This document shows, one piece after another, positions 39,247-47,373 of a stretch of DNA of 64,000 nucleotides. Where the stretch lies: contig CACJPW010000002.1 in NCBI GenBank assembly GCA_902595375.1, positions 13,745-77,744 of the forward strand, in the 5' to 3' direction. Numbering within the stretch: the stretch's first letter is position 1; each line of letters starts with the position of its first letter. A model generated the notes under the pieces. That model did not search any database. It had not been told where the DNA came from and was given only the letters and a program-made list of their open reading frames with translations. Origin of the DNA: an uncultured Pelagibacteraceae bacterium (GTDB lineage Bacteria > Pseudomonadota > Alphaproteobacteria > Pelagibacterales > Pelagibacteraceae). Position numbers and translations under genes: made by a program.

Positions 39247-40290
39247 ATGACAACAAGCGTCCTAGGAATCATTGGTTCAGGTCAACTTGGTTCTTTGCTA
39301 TGTCAGGCTGCAAAAAAACTTAATATAAAGACTATAGTAATTTCAGATGATGAAAGTGGTCCAGCGCAAAACTATTCAGATAGATTTATTTATTCAAAAT
39401 ATGATGACAAAAATAAGATTAGAGAATTTATAAATGGAGTAGATATCATAACTTATGAATTTGAAAATATTCCAATAAGTATTTTAAAAGAGATAAATAA
39501 AGAAAAAAAAGTTTTACCCAAACCTGAAATTAATAAGATTATTCAAAACAGACAATTAGAAAAAACGTTTGTAAATGATCTTGGTATCAAAACTACAAAG
39601 TGGGTATTTATAAAGACTGCCAAAGATGTTCAACAAAACAAAAATTTATTACCCGGAATTTTAAAGACAAATACGTTAGGTTATGATGGTCATGGTCAGT
39701 ACGTTTTAAATTCCCTAGATGATGTAAAAAAAAATTGGTGTTTTACTGCAGATTACATATTAGAAAAAAGAGTAAATTTAAAAAAAGAAATTTCTGTAGT
39801 TGTTACAAGGTTTAAAAACAAAGAAATTTACATTTATGAACCAATAGAAAATATTCACAAAGACCAAATTTTAAAATACTCCAAAATTCCAGCTGATATA
39901 AAACCAAGTATTTTTAAAAAAGCTCAAGATAGCGCTAAGTTAATTGCAAATGAATTAGATTATATTGGAACAATGTGTGTTGAATATTTTATAGATCAAG
40001 ATGATAACTTGTTGGTAAATGAAATTGCACCCCGAGTTCATAATTCAGGACATTTAACAATAAATGCATTTAATATTAGTCAATTTGAAAATCACATCAG
40101 AGCTGTTTGTGGATTAAAGAAAGAAAATGTTAAGAAAATAGCAAATGCTGAGATGAAAAATATATTAGGTAATGAAATACAGGATTATAGAAAGCGATCT
40201 TTTGAGTCAGATGAATACTTCTTTGATTATGGAAAAAAAATAATTAAAGAAAAAAGAAAAATGGGCCACTTGACGATTTTAAAAAAGTAA
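39247..40290 (+). CDS. purK: N5-CAIR synthetase
   Basis: GSGQLG, EFEN, GYDGHGQ, NEIAPRVHNSGH, RKMGH motifs. Confidence 0.95.
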   Translation: MTTSVLGIIGSGQLGSLLCQAAKKLNIKTIVISDDESGPAQNYSDRFIYSKYDDKNKIREFINGVDIITYEFENIPISILKEINKEKKVLPKPEINKIIQNRQLEKTFVNDLGIKTTKWVFIKTAKDVQQNKNLLPGILKTNTLGYDGHGQYVLNSLDDVKKNWCFTADYILEKRVNLKKEISVVVTRFKNKEIYIYEPIENIHKDQILKYSKIPADIKPSIFKKAQDSAKLIANELDYIGTMCVEYFIDQDDNLLVNEIAPRVHNSGHLTINAFNISQFENHIRAVCGLKKENVKKIANAEMKNILGNEIQDYRKRSFESDEYFFDYGKKIIKEKRKMGHLTILKK

Positions 40291-40292
40291 AA

Positions 40293-41096
40293 TTATTTTA
40301 TTGTTATTCGATGCATTATACGGCTACAATTTGTTATTTCACTTGCTTTATGCATCACACTGAGATTATCCCATAGGACTAAATCTCCTTTCGACCACTC
40401 ATAAGAAAATATGAAATCTTCTTTGTTCACATGATCAATAAGAAAATTTTTAATTTTCTCACTTTCATCAATATTCTTAATTTTTATTAGATGACCCGGA
40501 GAAACATATAAAGATTTTTGTCCATTAACCTCTTGAACGATCGGGTGCTCAGCTTCTAAAACTTTTGAAGATTTAATTCCAGCTCTTTTTTCCAATTCAA
40601 TTCTAGTTTTACTAATTGGTCCGGCAGATGAAAAAATACCTTTAGCATTTTTAATTTTTTGTTTAATCTCATCTGGAAGATTTTTGTACGCATTGAACCC
40701 AGAGGAAAAAATAGTATTGCCTTGTCCTACAGGAATTTCTATTCCCATAAGCATAGTATACCTCGGTCTATCTTTTTTCAAATATGATGTGTCCTGATGT
40801 AGCCAAGATCCTCCAAAAGCTAAACTTTTGTCACTAGGTTTTCTTTCTAAAACATTTATGTAAGGAAAATTTTCTAATCCTTTTAATCGTGGATACTCTA
40901 CTAATTGCCCAATAGATTTAGCAAAATTTTGGTAGGCACTTGAGTCTAAATTTTGTTTTTTTATGAAAATTACTCCGTATTTATTAAGTATATCCTTAAT
41001 TTGACCCGATAAGTCGTTATTTAACTTGTTTAAATTTACATCGTTAATGTAGGCACCAACGTTATTTTTACCTGGAGTTATGGAAATAGATTTCAT
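40293..41096 (-). CDS. TauD/TfdA-family Fe(II)/2-oxoglutarate dioxygenase
   Basis: HQD, HP.V, W..GD..LWDN...H.A, R.MHR motifs. Confidence 0.88.
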   Translation of the reverse strand: MKSISITPGKNNVGAYINDVNLNKLNNDLSGQIKDILNKYGVIFIKKQNLDSSAYQNFAKSIGQLVEYPRLKGLENFPYINVLERKPSDKSLAFGGSWLHQDTSYLKKDRPRYTMLMGIEIPVGQGNTIFSSGFNAYKNLPDEIKQKIKNAKGIFSSAGPISKTRIELEKRAGIKSSKVLEAEHPIVQEVNGQKSLYVSPGHLIKIKNIDESEKIKNFLIDHVNKEDFIFSYEWSKGDLVLWDNLSVMHKASEITNCSRIMHRITIK

Positions 41097-41723
41097 TTAA
41101 TTCACTGAATTAATTATTGATGGATCATTATTAATCGGATTATTAACATCTTTTGAAATTTCATGAAACTTTAAATTTGGTGGTTTAACGGAGTTCAATA
41201 TTTCCATAGCATTTTTTTTAGTGTTCAAATAATTATTAATCTGGCCTTGATTAATAATCATTGGCTCTCTGTGATGGATGGTACTAATTTTTTCAGTAGC
41301 TTCTCTTGTAATTATACAAAACTGGTTATTTTGATATATACCTGCAAAATACATTAATTTGTCATCATCCTTGGTAAAATAATATGGAGTTTTTATTTTA
41401 TCTTCTCTTTTCCATTCATAGTATCCATCAGCTGGAATAATACATCTTGATGTCTGTATAAGTTTCTTAAAAGTAACTTTTTCCATAAGAGTTTCTCTTC
41501 TTGCGTTAATAAGGGGGGAAAACTTATCCAATTTTTTAGACCAACTTGGTACTAATCCCCACTCATAAAGCTCAAGAGCCTTACCATTAGAATAGGATTT
41601 TATCACAGGTAATTTTTGAGTTGGGTGTGCATTATAATTATCTGTATCTTCAACCTTTATCTTTGTTTTTACTAAATCAGCAGTTTTAGTAACCGGTTTT
41701 CGAATACTGTATCTTCCACACAT
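41097..41723 (-). CDS. SRAP (HMCES/YedK) abasic-site-protecting protein
   Basis: N-terminal MCGRY, WGLVP, INAR.E, GYYEW, IHHR.P motifs. Confidence 0.92.
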   Translation of the reverse strand: MCGRYSIRKPVTKTADLVKTKIKVEDTDNYNAHPTQKLPVIKSYSNGKALELYEWGLVPSWSKKLDKFSPLINARRETLMEKVTFKKLIQTSRCIIPADGYYEWKREDKIKTPYYFTKDDDKLMYFAGIYQNNQFCIITREATEKISTIHHREPMIINQGQINNYLNTKKNAMEILNSVKPPNLKFHEISKDVNNPINNDPSIINSVN

Positions 41724-41833
41724 TATTTATTTTTTCTTTCTCTTTTAAGCTTTCTCTTTTCTTTTAAAGATAACTTTGCTTTTTTCATAAAGCTTCTATC
41801 TTTTTGGCTTTTTCCTGAATATCTTTTTGACAT
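41723..41833 (-). CDS. 36-aa basic small protein (not in ORF track)
   Basis: MSKRYSGKSQKDRSFMKKAKLSLKEKRKLKRERKNK; fills the FAH-SRAP gap exactly; TAATG overlap with the SRAP start. Confidence 0.65.
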   Translation of the reverse strand: MSKRYSGKSQKDRSFMKKAKLSLKEKRKLKRERKNK

Positions 41834-41835
41834 AA

Positions 41836-42672
41836 TTAATCATCTATTATTTCATGAAATTGTTCACCCAGTCCATCTACTTTTAGGTGAAGTCTATCAC
41901 CTGCCTTTAGAAATTCAGGTTTTTCCATTTCCATTGCCGTTCCTGCAGGTGTCCCAGTAGAGATAATTGTCCCAGGATACAAAGTCATAAATTGACTTAA
42001 ATAAGAAACTAAAAAATTGAAACTGAAAATCATTCTTTCAGTATTTCCAGTTTGTCTTCTGTTGCCGTTTATATCTAACGCTAAATTAATATTATTTAAG
42101 TTTTTTATTTCATCTTTGGTAACAAGATAAGGCCCAGTTGGTCCCGCAATAGATTTACCTTTAATCCATTGACCTCCCCTTTCTTTTTGCCAAGATCTTT
42201 CTGATATATCATTAACAATACAATAGCCAAATACATAATCTTGTGCATTTTCCTCTTTAATATATTTACCTTCTCTTCCAATAATCATCCCAACTTCAAC
42301 CTCGTAATCCATTTTATAAGCAGACTTAGGTCTAATTATTTGATCGTTAGGACCTTGAATACATCCTGAGCTTTTATTAAAAACAATTGGTTCAGTTGGT
42401 AATTTTGATTTTGTACCCTCCGCATGTGCTTTATAATTCAAACCTATAGCAAAAAAATCTACAGGATTTGAGATACAAGCTCCAATTCTTATGTTAGAGT
42501 TAATTTCGTTTTGTTCAGATAATTTAATTCTTTTTAATTTGTTTAATGTATCTTCATTAATAGTTTGTGGACTTAAATCCTTAATGTGATCTGATAAATC
42601 TCTTATCACATTATTACTATCTAAGGCAGCAACAACTTCTCTCCCTAATTCGCCAACTCTCAATAATTTCAT
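41836..42672 (-). CDS. Fumarylacetoacetate hydrolase family protein
   Basis: IGLNY..H, DYEVE, NDISER, WIKGK, TGTPAG motifs. Confidence 0.9.
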   Translation of the reverse strand: MKLLRVGELGREVVAALDSNNVIRDLSDHIKDLSPQTINEDTLNKLKRIKLSEQNEINSNIRIGACISNPVDFFAIGLNYKAHAEGTKSKLPTEPIVFNKSSGCIQGPNDQIIRPKSAYKMDYEVEVGMIIGREGKYIKEENAQDYVFGYCIVNDISERSWQKERGGQWIKGKSIAGPTGPYLVTKDEIKNLNNINLALDINGNRRQTGNTERMIFSFNFLVSYLSQFMTLYPGTIISTGTPAGTAMEMEKPEFLKAGDRLHLKVDGLGEQFHEIIDD

Positions 42673-42696
42673 ATAATAATTTTAACTATGAAATTA

Positions 42697-43143
42697 CTAT
42701 TTTACAAATCTTTTGATTCTTTCTTCAGTAGTCGTTTCTGGTCCTGTGTAAGGGGTTTCGTAGCTATTAGTTCTTGTTAAAACATCAATTCCTTTTGTGA
42801 AAATAAAAATAAAAAAAACAATAAAAAAAATTGCAAATATTTTTGCAGGATTATAATTTCCAGATTGAAAGACACTAACAGGTTGTTCTTGTTTTTTATG
42901 GAAAAACTTAAATGTTAAATAAACTGCAATTATAAGCCCAATATGTGCCATAACCACACCAGCCCAACCAAAAATAAAAGAAGTTACACTAAATACGTAT
43001 AGACTAAATACAGTTGACCAAACAAAAGATAAGACGATTAAAATTTGAAGTCTTACAGACTTAGGCAAACTTCTTAAGTCGTTTTTACTATCATCAAACA
43101 TGATGTTAGCTGCTTCAGTCATCCAATTTTTAAAACTTTCCAT
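42697..43143 (-). CDS. Hypothetical membrane protein (about 3 TM)
   Basis: D..KN.L..LP...R.Q....L...W...F N-terminal pattern; hydrophobic segments. Confidence 0.7.
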   Translation of the reverse strand: MESFKNWMTEAANIMFDDSKNDLRSLPKSVRLQILIVLSFVWSTVFSLYVFSVTSFIFGWAGVVMAHIGLIIAVYLTFKFFHKKQEQPVSVFQSGNYNPAKIFAIFFIVFFIFIFTKGIDVLTRTNSYETPYTGPETTTEERIKRFVK

Positions 43144-43180
43144 GTTGTCTTATATACTTTTTAAATTAAAATTAAAATTA

Positions 43181-43759
43181 TTATAAATTTCGCACCAATT
43201 TTCTTACTTTTTGCATATGTGAATTAAATTTTTCTTCTGTCATACCTGGTAAAACTTCATAAAATCTAATGTACGTTGTGTTCATACCACCAAGCTTTAA
43301 AACTCCTGCTTTAATCCTCCTAAATGGGATATTTTGAAACCAGGTTTGTATTGAAAACCAATTTCCACCGTAAGACATTGACATAATAGCTTTTCTACCT
43401 TTCATTGCTCCTGCAACAGGGTAACCCCAATTACCTACAAGTCTCTTAAATGAGAAAAACCATTTAGGGGCTAAAGTTAAGTCAATCCAATTTTCTAAAA
43501 TTGCAGTTGCCCTTAGATTGTAGCAAGGTGATATCATAAACAATACATCACTTGCTTCCAATCTTTTTCTATAATCTAAAATTTGATCATTAGGACCAGT
43601 ACCGTCAAAAAAAGGTATCGGTTTTTCTTCATGTAAATTTATTAAATCAATTTGATGACCTAATTTTTTTGCTTCTTCTACAAAAGTATCTCTTACAGCG
43701 GCATTAAATGATTTTTTTATATCGTGATGACCATAAACGATAAAAATTTTTTTAGACAT
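43181..43759 (-). CDS. Flavodoxin-fold NAD(P)H-dependent oxidoreductase (Flavodoxin_2 family)
   Basis: VYGH...SFN, INL, SP.Y....AIL..WID motifs. Confidence 0.85.
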   Translation of the reverse strand: MSKKIFIVYGHHDIKKSFNAAVRDTFVEEAKKLGHQIDLINLHEEKPIPFFDGTGPNDQILDYRKRLEASDVLFMISPCYNLRATAILENWIDLTLAPKWFFSFKRLVGNWGYPVAGAMKGRKAIMSMSYGGNWFSIQTWFQNIPFRRIKAGVLKLGGMNTTYIRFYEVLPGMTEEKFNSHMQKVRKLVRNL

Positions 43760-43760
43760 T

Positions 43761-43916
43761 TTAATTGTCTATATCATTTTTTTCATTTTTACGTATCAGA
43801 AATCCTGAACCTATCCCCACTGCAATTGCCGAAATTACCCAGGAATATTCTTGTTCACTAAAAAGAACTAATAGGCCAAAACCTATAATGATTACTCCTA
43901 AAAGCTTATTATCCAT
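43761..43916 (-). CDS. 51-aa two-TM small membrane protein (not in ORF track)
   Basis: MDNKLLGVIIIGFGLLVLFSEQEYSWVISAIAVGIGSGFLIRKNEKNDIDN; stop 1 nt before the oxidoreductase ATG. Confidence 0.75.
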   Translation of the reverse strand: MDNKLLGVIIIGFGLLVLFSEQEYSWVISAIAVGIGSGFLIRKNEKNDIDN

Positions 43917-43943
43917 TGACAAATCTAAACCTTATATTAAAGT
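43916..43943 (+). promoter_or_regulatory. Putative sigma70 promoter TTGACA-N16-TAAAGT
   Basis: Perfect -35 and good -10 directly upstream of the structured leader. Confidence 0.55.
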
Positions 43944-43944
43944 T

Positions 43945-44037
43945 TACTGGTCCATATGTCATGGGAAAAAAGACTCGGCATTCGACATGCCGGACCTATA
44001 AAGGGTTGCAAAGTCGGTAGAAATGAAAGGAGTTGCT
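43945..44037 (+). ncRNA. Candidate structured cis-regulatory leader RNA
   Basis: Locally GC-rich with several hairpins, including CGGCA-UUCGACA-UGCCG; ends in an AAAGGAG SD. Confidence 0.55.
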
Positions 44038-44229
44038 ATGAATAGATTTAGCAAACTGTATGGAAATTCTGCCGTTAAAAAAGCTGAGCAGAAACTCTCA
44101 ATGCAGTTAAGCAAAAACCAAAAAGCCCCTGAGGCTAATGCTAATGGAACGGCTGGTTATTTGTTAAAAAACGGTAAAAATTCCGGAAAAATTTTGAAAC
44201 ATTTAAAAACTGATAAAAATCAACTTTAA
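44038..44229 (+). CDS. 63-aa basic small protein of unknown function
   Basis: Strong SD AAAGGAG 5 nt before ATG 44038; own promoter and terminator; ANGTAGYLLKNGKNSGK segment. Confidence 0.8.
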   Translation: MNRFSKLYGNSAVKKAEQKLSMQLSKNQKAPEANANGTAGYLLKNGKNSGKILKHLKTDKNQL

Positions 44230-44238
44230 AACTTTATA

Positions 44239-44263
44239 GGGTGGGGACTTTAAAATCCCCACT
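44239..44263 (+). terminator. Hairpin terminator after the small-protein gene
   Basis: GGGTGGGGA-N7-TCCCCACTC inverted repeat. Confidence 0.75.
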
Positions 44264-44284
44264 CAAGTCTTTAATATTACTCTA

Positions 44285-45376
44285 ATGGAAAAACAAAATT
44301 TTTATGATCTTAACTTTGATCAGCTTAAATCTTTTTTGATTGAAAAAGGAGAAGTGGAGCCGAAAAAAGCTAAGATGAGATCTCAACAACTCTTTAATGC
44401 AGTTTATAAAAAAAATATTAAAAGTTTTGATGAGCTTACAACATTTGGAACTGAACTTAGAAACAAAGTCAAAGATTTGATTAGTTTAGAAAAACCAAAA
44501 ATTATAGATGTTCAGAAATCTAAAGACGGGACAATAAAATTTCTTTTAGAACTTAAAGACAAACGAAATGTTGAAACAGTTCTGATTCCTGATAAATCAC
44601 AAAGTAGATACACAATATGTTTATCTGTCTCTGTTGGTTGTTATCTATCTTGTGAATTTTGCGCGACTGCTCAAATTTCTAAAAAATTGGTAAGGAATTT
44701 ATCACCGGGAGAAATAATTTCACAAATAATATTAAGCAAAGATTATATAAACGATTGGTCAACACAGAAAAAAATTACTAATCAAGTATTGATGGGTGAA
44801 GGTTCTCCTTTTTTAAATTTAGATAATGTTAAAGTAGCAATTGATAACTCAAAAAATAAAGATGGCTTAGAATATGGAAGAACCAGAATCACAGTCAGTA
44901 CTGTAGGAGTTGGAATAAAAAAAGATAATTTAGATGCTATTGAATGGGCTGCAAACGAGTTAGATGTTTATCTTGCTTGGAGTTTACACAGCTCAATACC
45001 AAAACATAGATCAGAATTAATGCCAATAAATGATAAATACTCTATTAATTCATTACTACCACAACTAAAAAAATATTATGAAAAAACAAAATTACCTATT
45101 TTTATTGAATGGATATGTTTAGATGAAAACTTATCAGACGATCATGCCAAAGAATTAATTAAGATTATGAAAAAAGTTCCCTCAAAGTTAAATTTGATTG
45201 AATTTAATCCTCTTTCGAACAAAGATTTTAAACCAGCAACTAAAGAAAATATAGATAAGTTTTCTAAAAAAATTCAAGACGCAGGTTTTCTTTCTCTATT
45301 TAGAAGAAGCAGGGGTAGAGACATAAATGCATCTTGCGGATCGCTTGCGAATATTAAAGCTATACTTAATGGATAA
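44285..45376 (+). CDS. rlmN: RlmN-family radical SAM RNA methyltransferase, divergent
   Basis: ETVLIP, CxxxCxxC (CYLSCEFC), SLH, C-terminal RG.DI.ASCG. Confidence 0.85.
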   Translation: MEKQNFYDLNFDQLKSFLIEKGEVEPKKAKMRSQQLFNAVYKKNIKSFDELTTFGTELRNKVKDLISLEKPKIIDVQKSKDGTIKFLLELKDKRNVETVLIPDKSQSRYTICLSVSVGCYLSCEFCATAQISKKLVRNLSPGEIISQIILSKDYINDWSTQKKITNQVLMGEGSPFLNLDNVKVAIDNSKNKDGLEYGRTRITVSTVGVGIKKDNLDAIEWAANELDVYLAWSLHSSIPKHRSELMPINDKYSINSLLPQLKKYYEKTKLPIFIEWICLDENLSDDHAKELIKIMKKVPSKLNLIEFNPLSNKDFKPATKENIDKFSKKIQDAGFLSLFRRSRGRDINASCGSLANIKAILNG

Positions 45377-46319
45377 TTTACATATTTTTTTAGGTGCAAC
45401 AGTTGCTGACGCAGCAACTAGACCTCTACATTGGGTATACGATCCAAAAAATTTGAAGAAATATATTAAGGGAAAAAAAGAAATAGCTTTTTTGAAAAAA
45501 AACAGAAGTCCTTTTTATAACATTAAAACTGGAGAGGTTTCAGGGTATAATGATATTGGGCAAGTAATGTTTCAAACTTTGATTTCTTCAAAAAAAAAAT
45601 CAAATATTTTAAGGAATTTTAAAAAAAATATCATAAAACACTTTGGTCCAGGGTCAAATTATTGGAAAAATCTAAAATTAAGAAAAAAATACAAAAAAGT
45701 TAAATGGAAAAAGCCGATGAATGGCCCATGGATTCATCAAAATATCTTAGAGGCTATACAAAATATCAAAACCAAGAAGATTATTACTGGTGGTACGAAA
45801 GTTAACGAGTCCGATGGTTATTGCGCTGCTCTACCTTATTTTCTTTTCAATGATAGAGAAAAAGAACTTAAAAAAGTTATTAAATCTGTAGCTAATTCAA
45901 GAATAAATGAAAAATATGCTTTATCCAAATTAAAGATTATAGAATTAGCTAATAAAAAAGATAGAAATCCCGTTCAGTCTTTTGTTAAAAAATACAAAAA
46001 AAATAAATATTTTAAAGACGTAATTACTAATATCAAAAAAGTTTTAAGACTAAAAAAACAAAATCATATAATGACTGTAAGAAAATTTGGGAAAGCTTGT
46101 AGTTATCCAGGCACATTTATGGGATCAATTCACGCAATTATAACATCCAACAGCTATAAATCTGCTATTACAAAAACAATTAAAGCTGGTGGTTGCAATT
46201 GTTCAAGAGCGAATTTTGTTGGAGCATATTTCGCAGCATTAAAACCAGAAAGTATTCCAAGTAACTGGATTAGAAGAACTTTGCCAGCAAAAAATATTTT
46301 AAAATATATTAATTCTTAA
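45369..46319 (+). CDS. ADP-ribosylglycohydrolase-fold protein, SelJ/J1-crystallin-like
   Basis: GATVADAA..PLHWVYD, ACSYPG, AGGCNCSRA..VGA motifs; start moved to ATG 45369. Confidence 0.75.
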   Translation: MDNLHIFLGATVADAATRPLHWVYDPKNLKKYIKGKKEIAFLKKNRSPFYNIKTGEVSGYNDIGQVMFQTLISSKKKSNILRNFKKNIIKHFGPGSNYWKNLKLRKKYKKVKWKKPMNGPWIHQNILEAIQNIKTKKIITGGTKVNESDGYCAALPYFLFNDREKELKKVIKSVANSRINEKYALSKLKIIELANKKDRNPVQSFVKKYKKNKYFKDVITNIKKVLRLKKQNHIMTVRKFGKACSYPGTFMGSIHAIITSNSYKSAITKTIKAGGCNCSRANFVGAYFAALKPESIPSNWIRRTLPAKNILKYINS

Positions 46320-46321
46320 TG

Positions 46322-46330
46322 TGGTATAAT
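46322..46330 (+). promoter_or_regulatory. Extended -10 promoter TGgTATAAT, 5 nt before the rmuC ATG (leaderless geometry)
   Basis: Direct read of sequence. Confidence 0.6.
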
Positions 46331-46335
46331 AATTT

Positions 46336-47364
46336 ATGGATTCGTTAATCATAGTTTTAGTAGTATTATTAATAATTATTAATCTTGGAATTATCTTCTT
46401 TTTAGTTAGAAATAAACCTGAAAAACAAATAAACCCAGAACAAGCCTTTAAAGATGAATTTAATTCATTTAAAGAAATCTTCAGTCAATCCTTTGGTTCT
46501 ATGAGCAAAGAAATTGCCAAAGATATGACAGGAGCTTTAACTAAAGTTGACGAAAAAGTTTCAGTTTTTAACAAGCAAGTTAGTGAGCTTAATAAAAGCC
46601 AAGACAATTTTAGTAGAATTTTAAGTGGTGTAAAAACATATGGAACACTCGCAGAATTTGGATTAGGCGCTCTTCTTAAAGATTTATTACCTGCATCTCA
46701 ATTTATTGCAAATGCAAAAATGAAAGATGATACATCTGAGACAGTTGAATTTGCTATTAAGCTTCAAGATGTTTTATTACCTATCGATAGTCATTGGCCA
46801 GTTGAAAAATATAAAGCTATTGATGACGCGTACAATGCTAATAATAAAGAGGCACAAGCTGAGGCAAGAAAAGATTTAGCTGCTGCATTTCGATTAAAAG
46901 CTAAAACAGTAAATTCAAAATATATAGCTCCACCTAAAAGTACAGATTTTGCAATAGTTTACGTTCCAACTGAAGGATTATTCTCAGAACTTTCAAGTTA
47001 TAGAGATCCAAGGACAAAAGAATTATTATTACATGAACTTAGAACAAAATATAAAGTAACAGTTTCTGGCCCTAATACTTTATCTGCACTGTTGCAATCC
47101 TATCATTTAGGATTTCAAACACTAAAAGTTCAACAACATGCAACTCAAATCTATAGTGACTTAAGAAATATAAGTTCTAGGTTTGAAAAACATTTTGATG
47201 GGATTAAAGACTTAAGGAAGAAATTAGAGCAGGCTATGGCTGCAACTGATGGTTTTGGTAGGGACGCTAGATCCATAATGAATACGCTTGGAAATATAAA
47301 AGATCCAGAGCAAGTAACAGATTCCTTGAAAGAAAATCCAGAAAAGATAAAAGTTCTCAAGTAA
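46336..47364 (+). CDS. rmuC: DNA recombination protein RmuC
   Basis: N-terminal TM plus coiled coil; G.L.E..L, PIDS.WP, KYI.PP..TDFAI.YVP.EGLF, GP.TL.ALL motifs. Confidence 0.88.
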   Translation: MDSLIIVLVVLLIIINLGIIFFLVRNKPEKQINPEQAFKDEFNSFKEIFSQSFGSMSKEIAKDMTGALTKVDEKVSVFNKQVSELNKSQDNFSRILSGVKTYGTLAEFGLGALLKDLLPASQFIANAKMKDDTSETVEFAIKLQDVLLPIDSHWPVEKYKAIDDAYNANNKEAQAEARKDLAAAFRLKAKTVNSKYIAPPKSTDFAIVYVPTEGLFSELSSYRDPRTKELLLHELRTKYKVTVSGPNTLSALLQSYHLGFQTLKVQQHATQIYSDLRNISSRFEKHFDGIKDLRKKLEQAMAATDGFGRDARSIMNTLGNIKDPEQVTDSLKENPEKIKVLK

Positions 47365-47373
47365 ACACAAATT

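Noticed and set aside
43945-44000. tRNA gene or tRNA remnant / att site
   Set aside because: Only a T-arm-like hairpin is present; there is no anticodon arm, 7-bp acceptor stem, CCA or integrase. Kept only as a leader element.
43765-44001. 78-aa plus-strand ORF in the track
   Set aside because: It is the antisense shadow of the 51-aa membrane protein and runs through the promoter and structured leader.
46095-46105. Selenocysteine codon in the SelJ-like gene
   Set aside because: The codon is TGT (Cys); there is no in-frame TGA.
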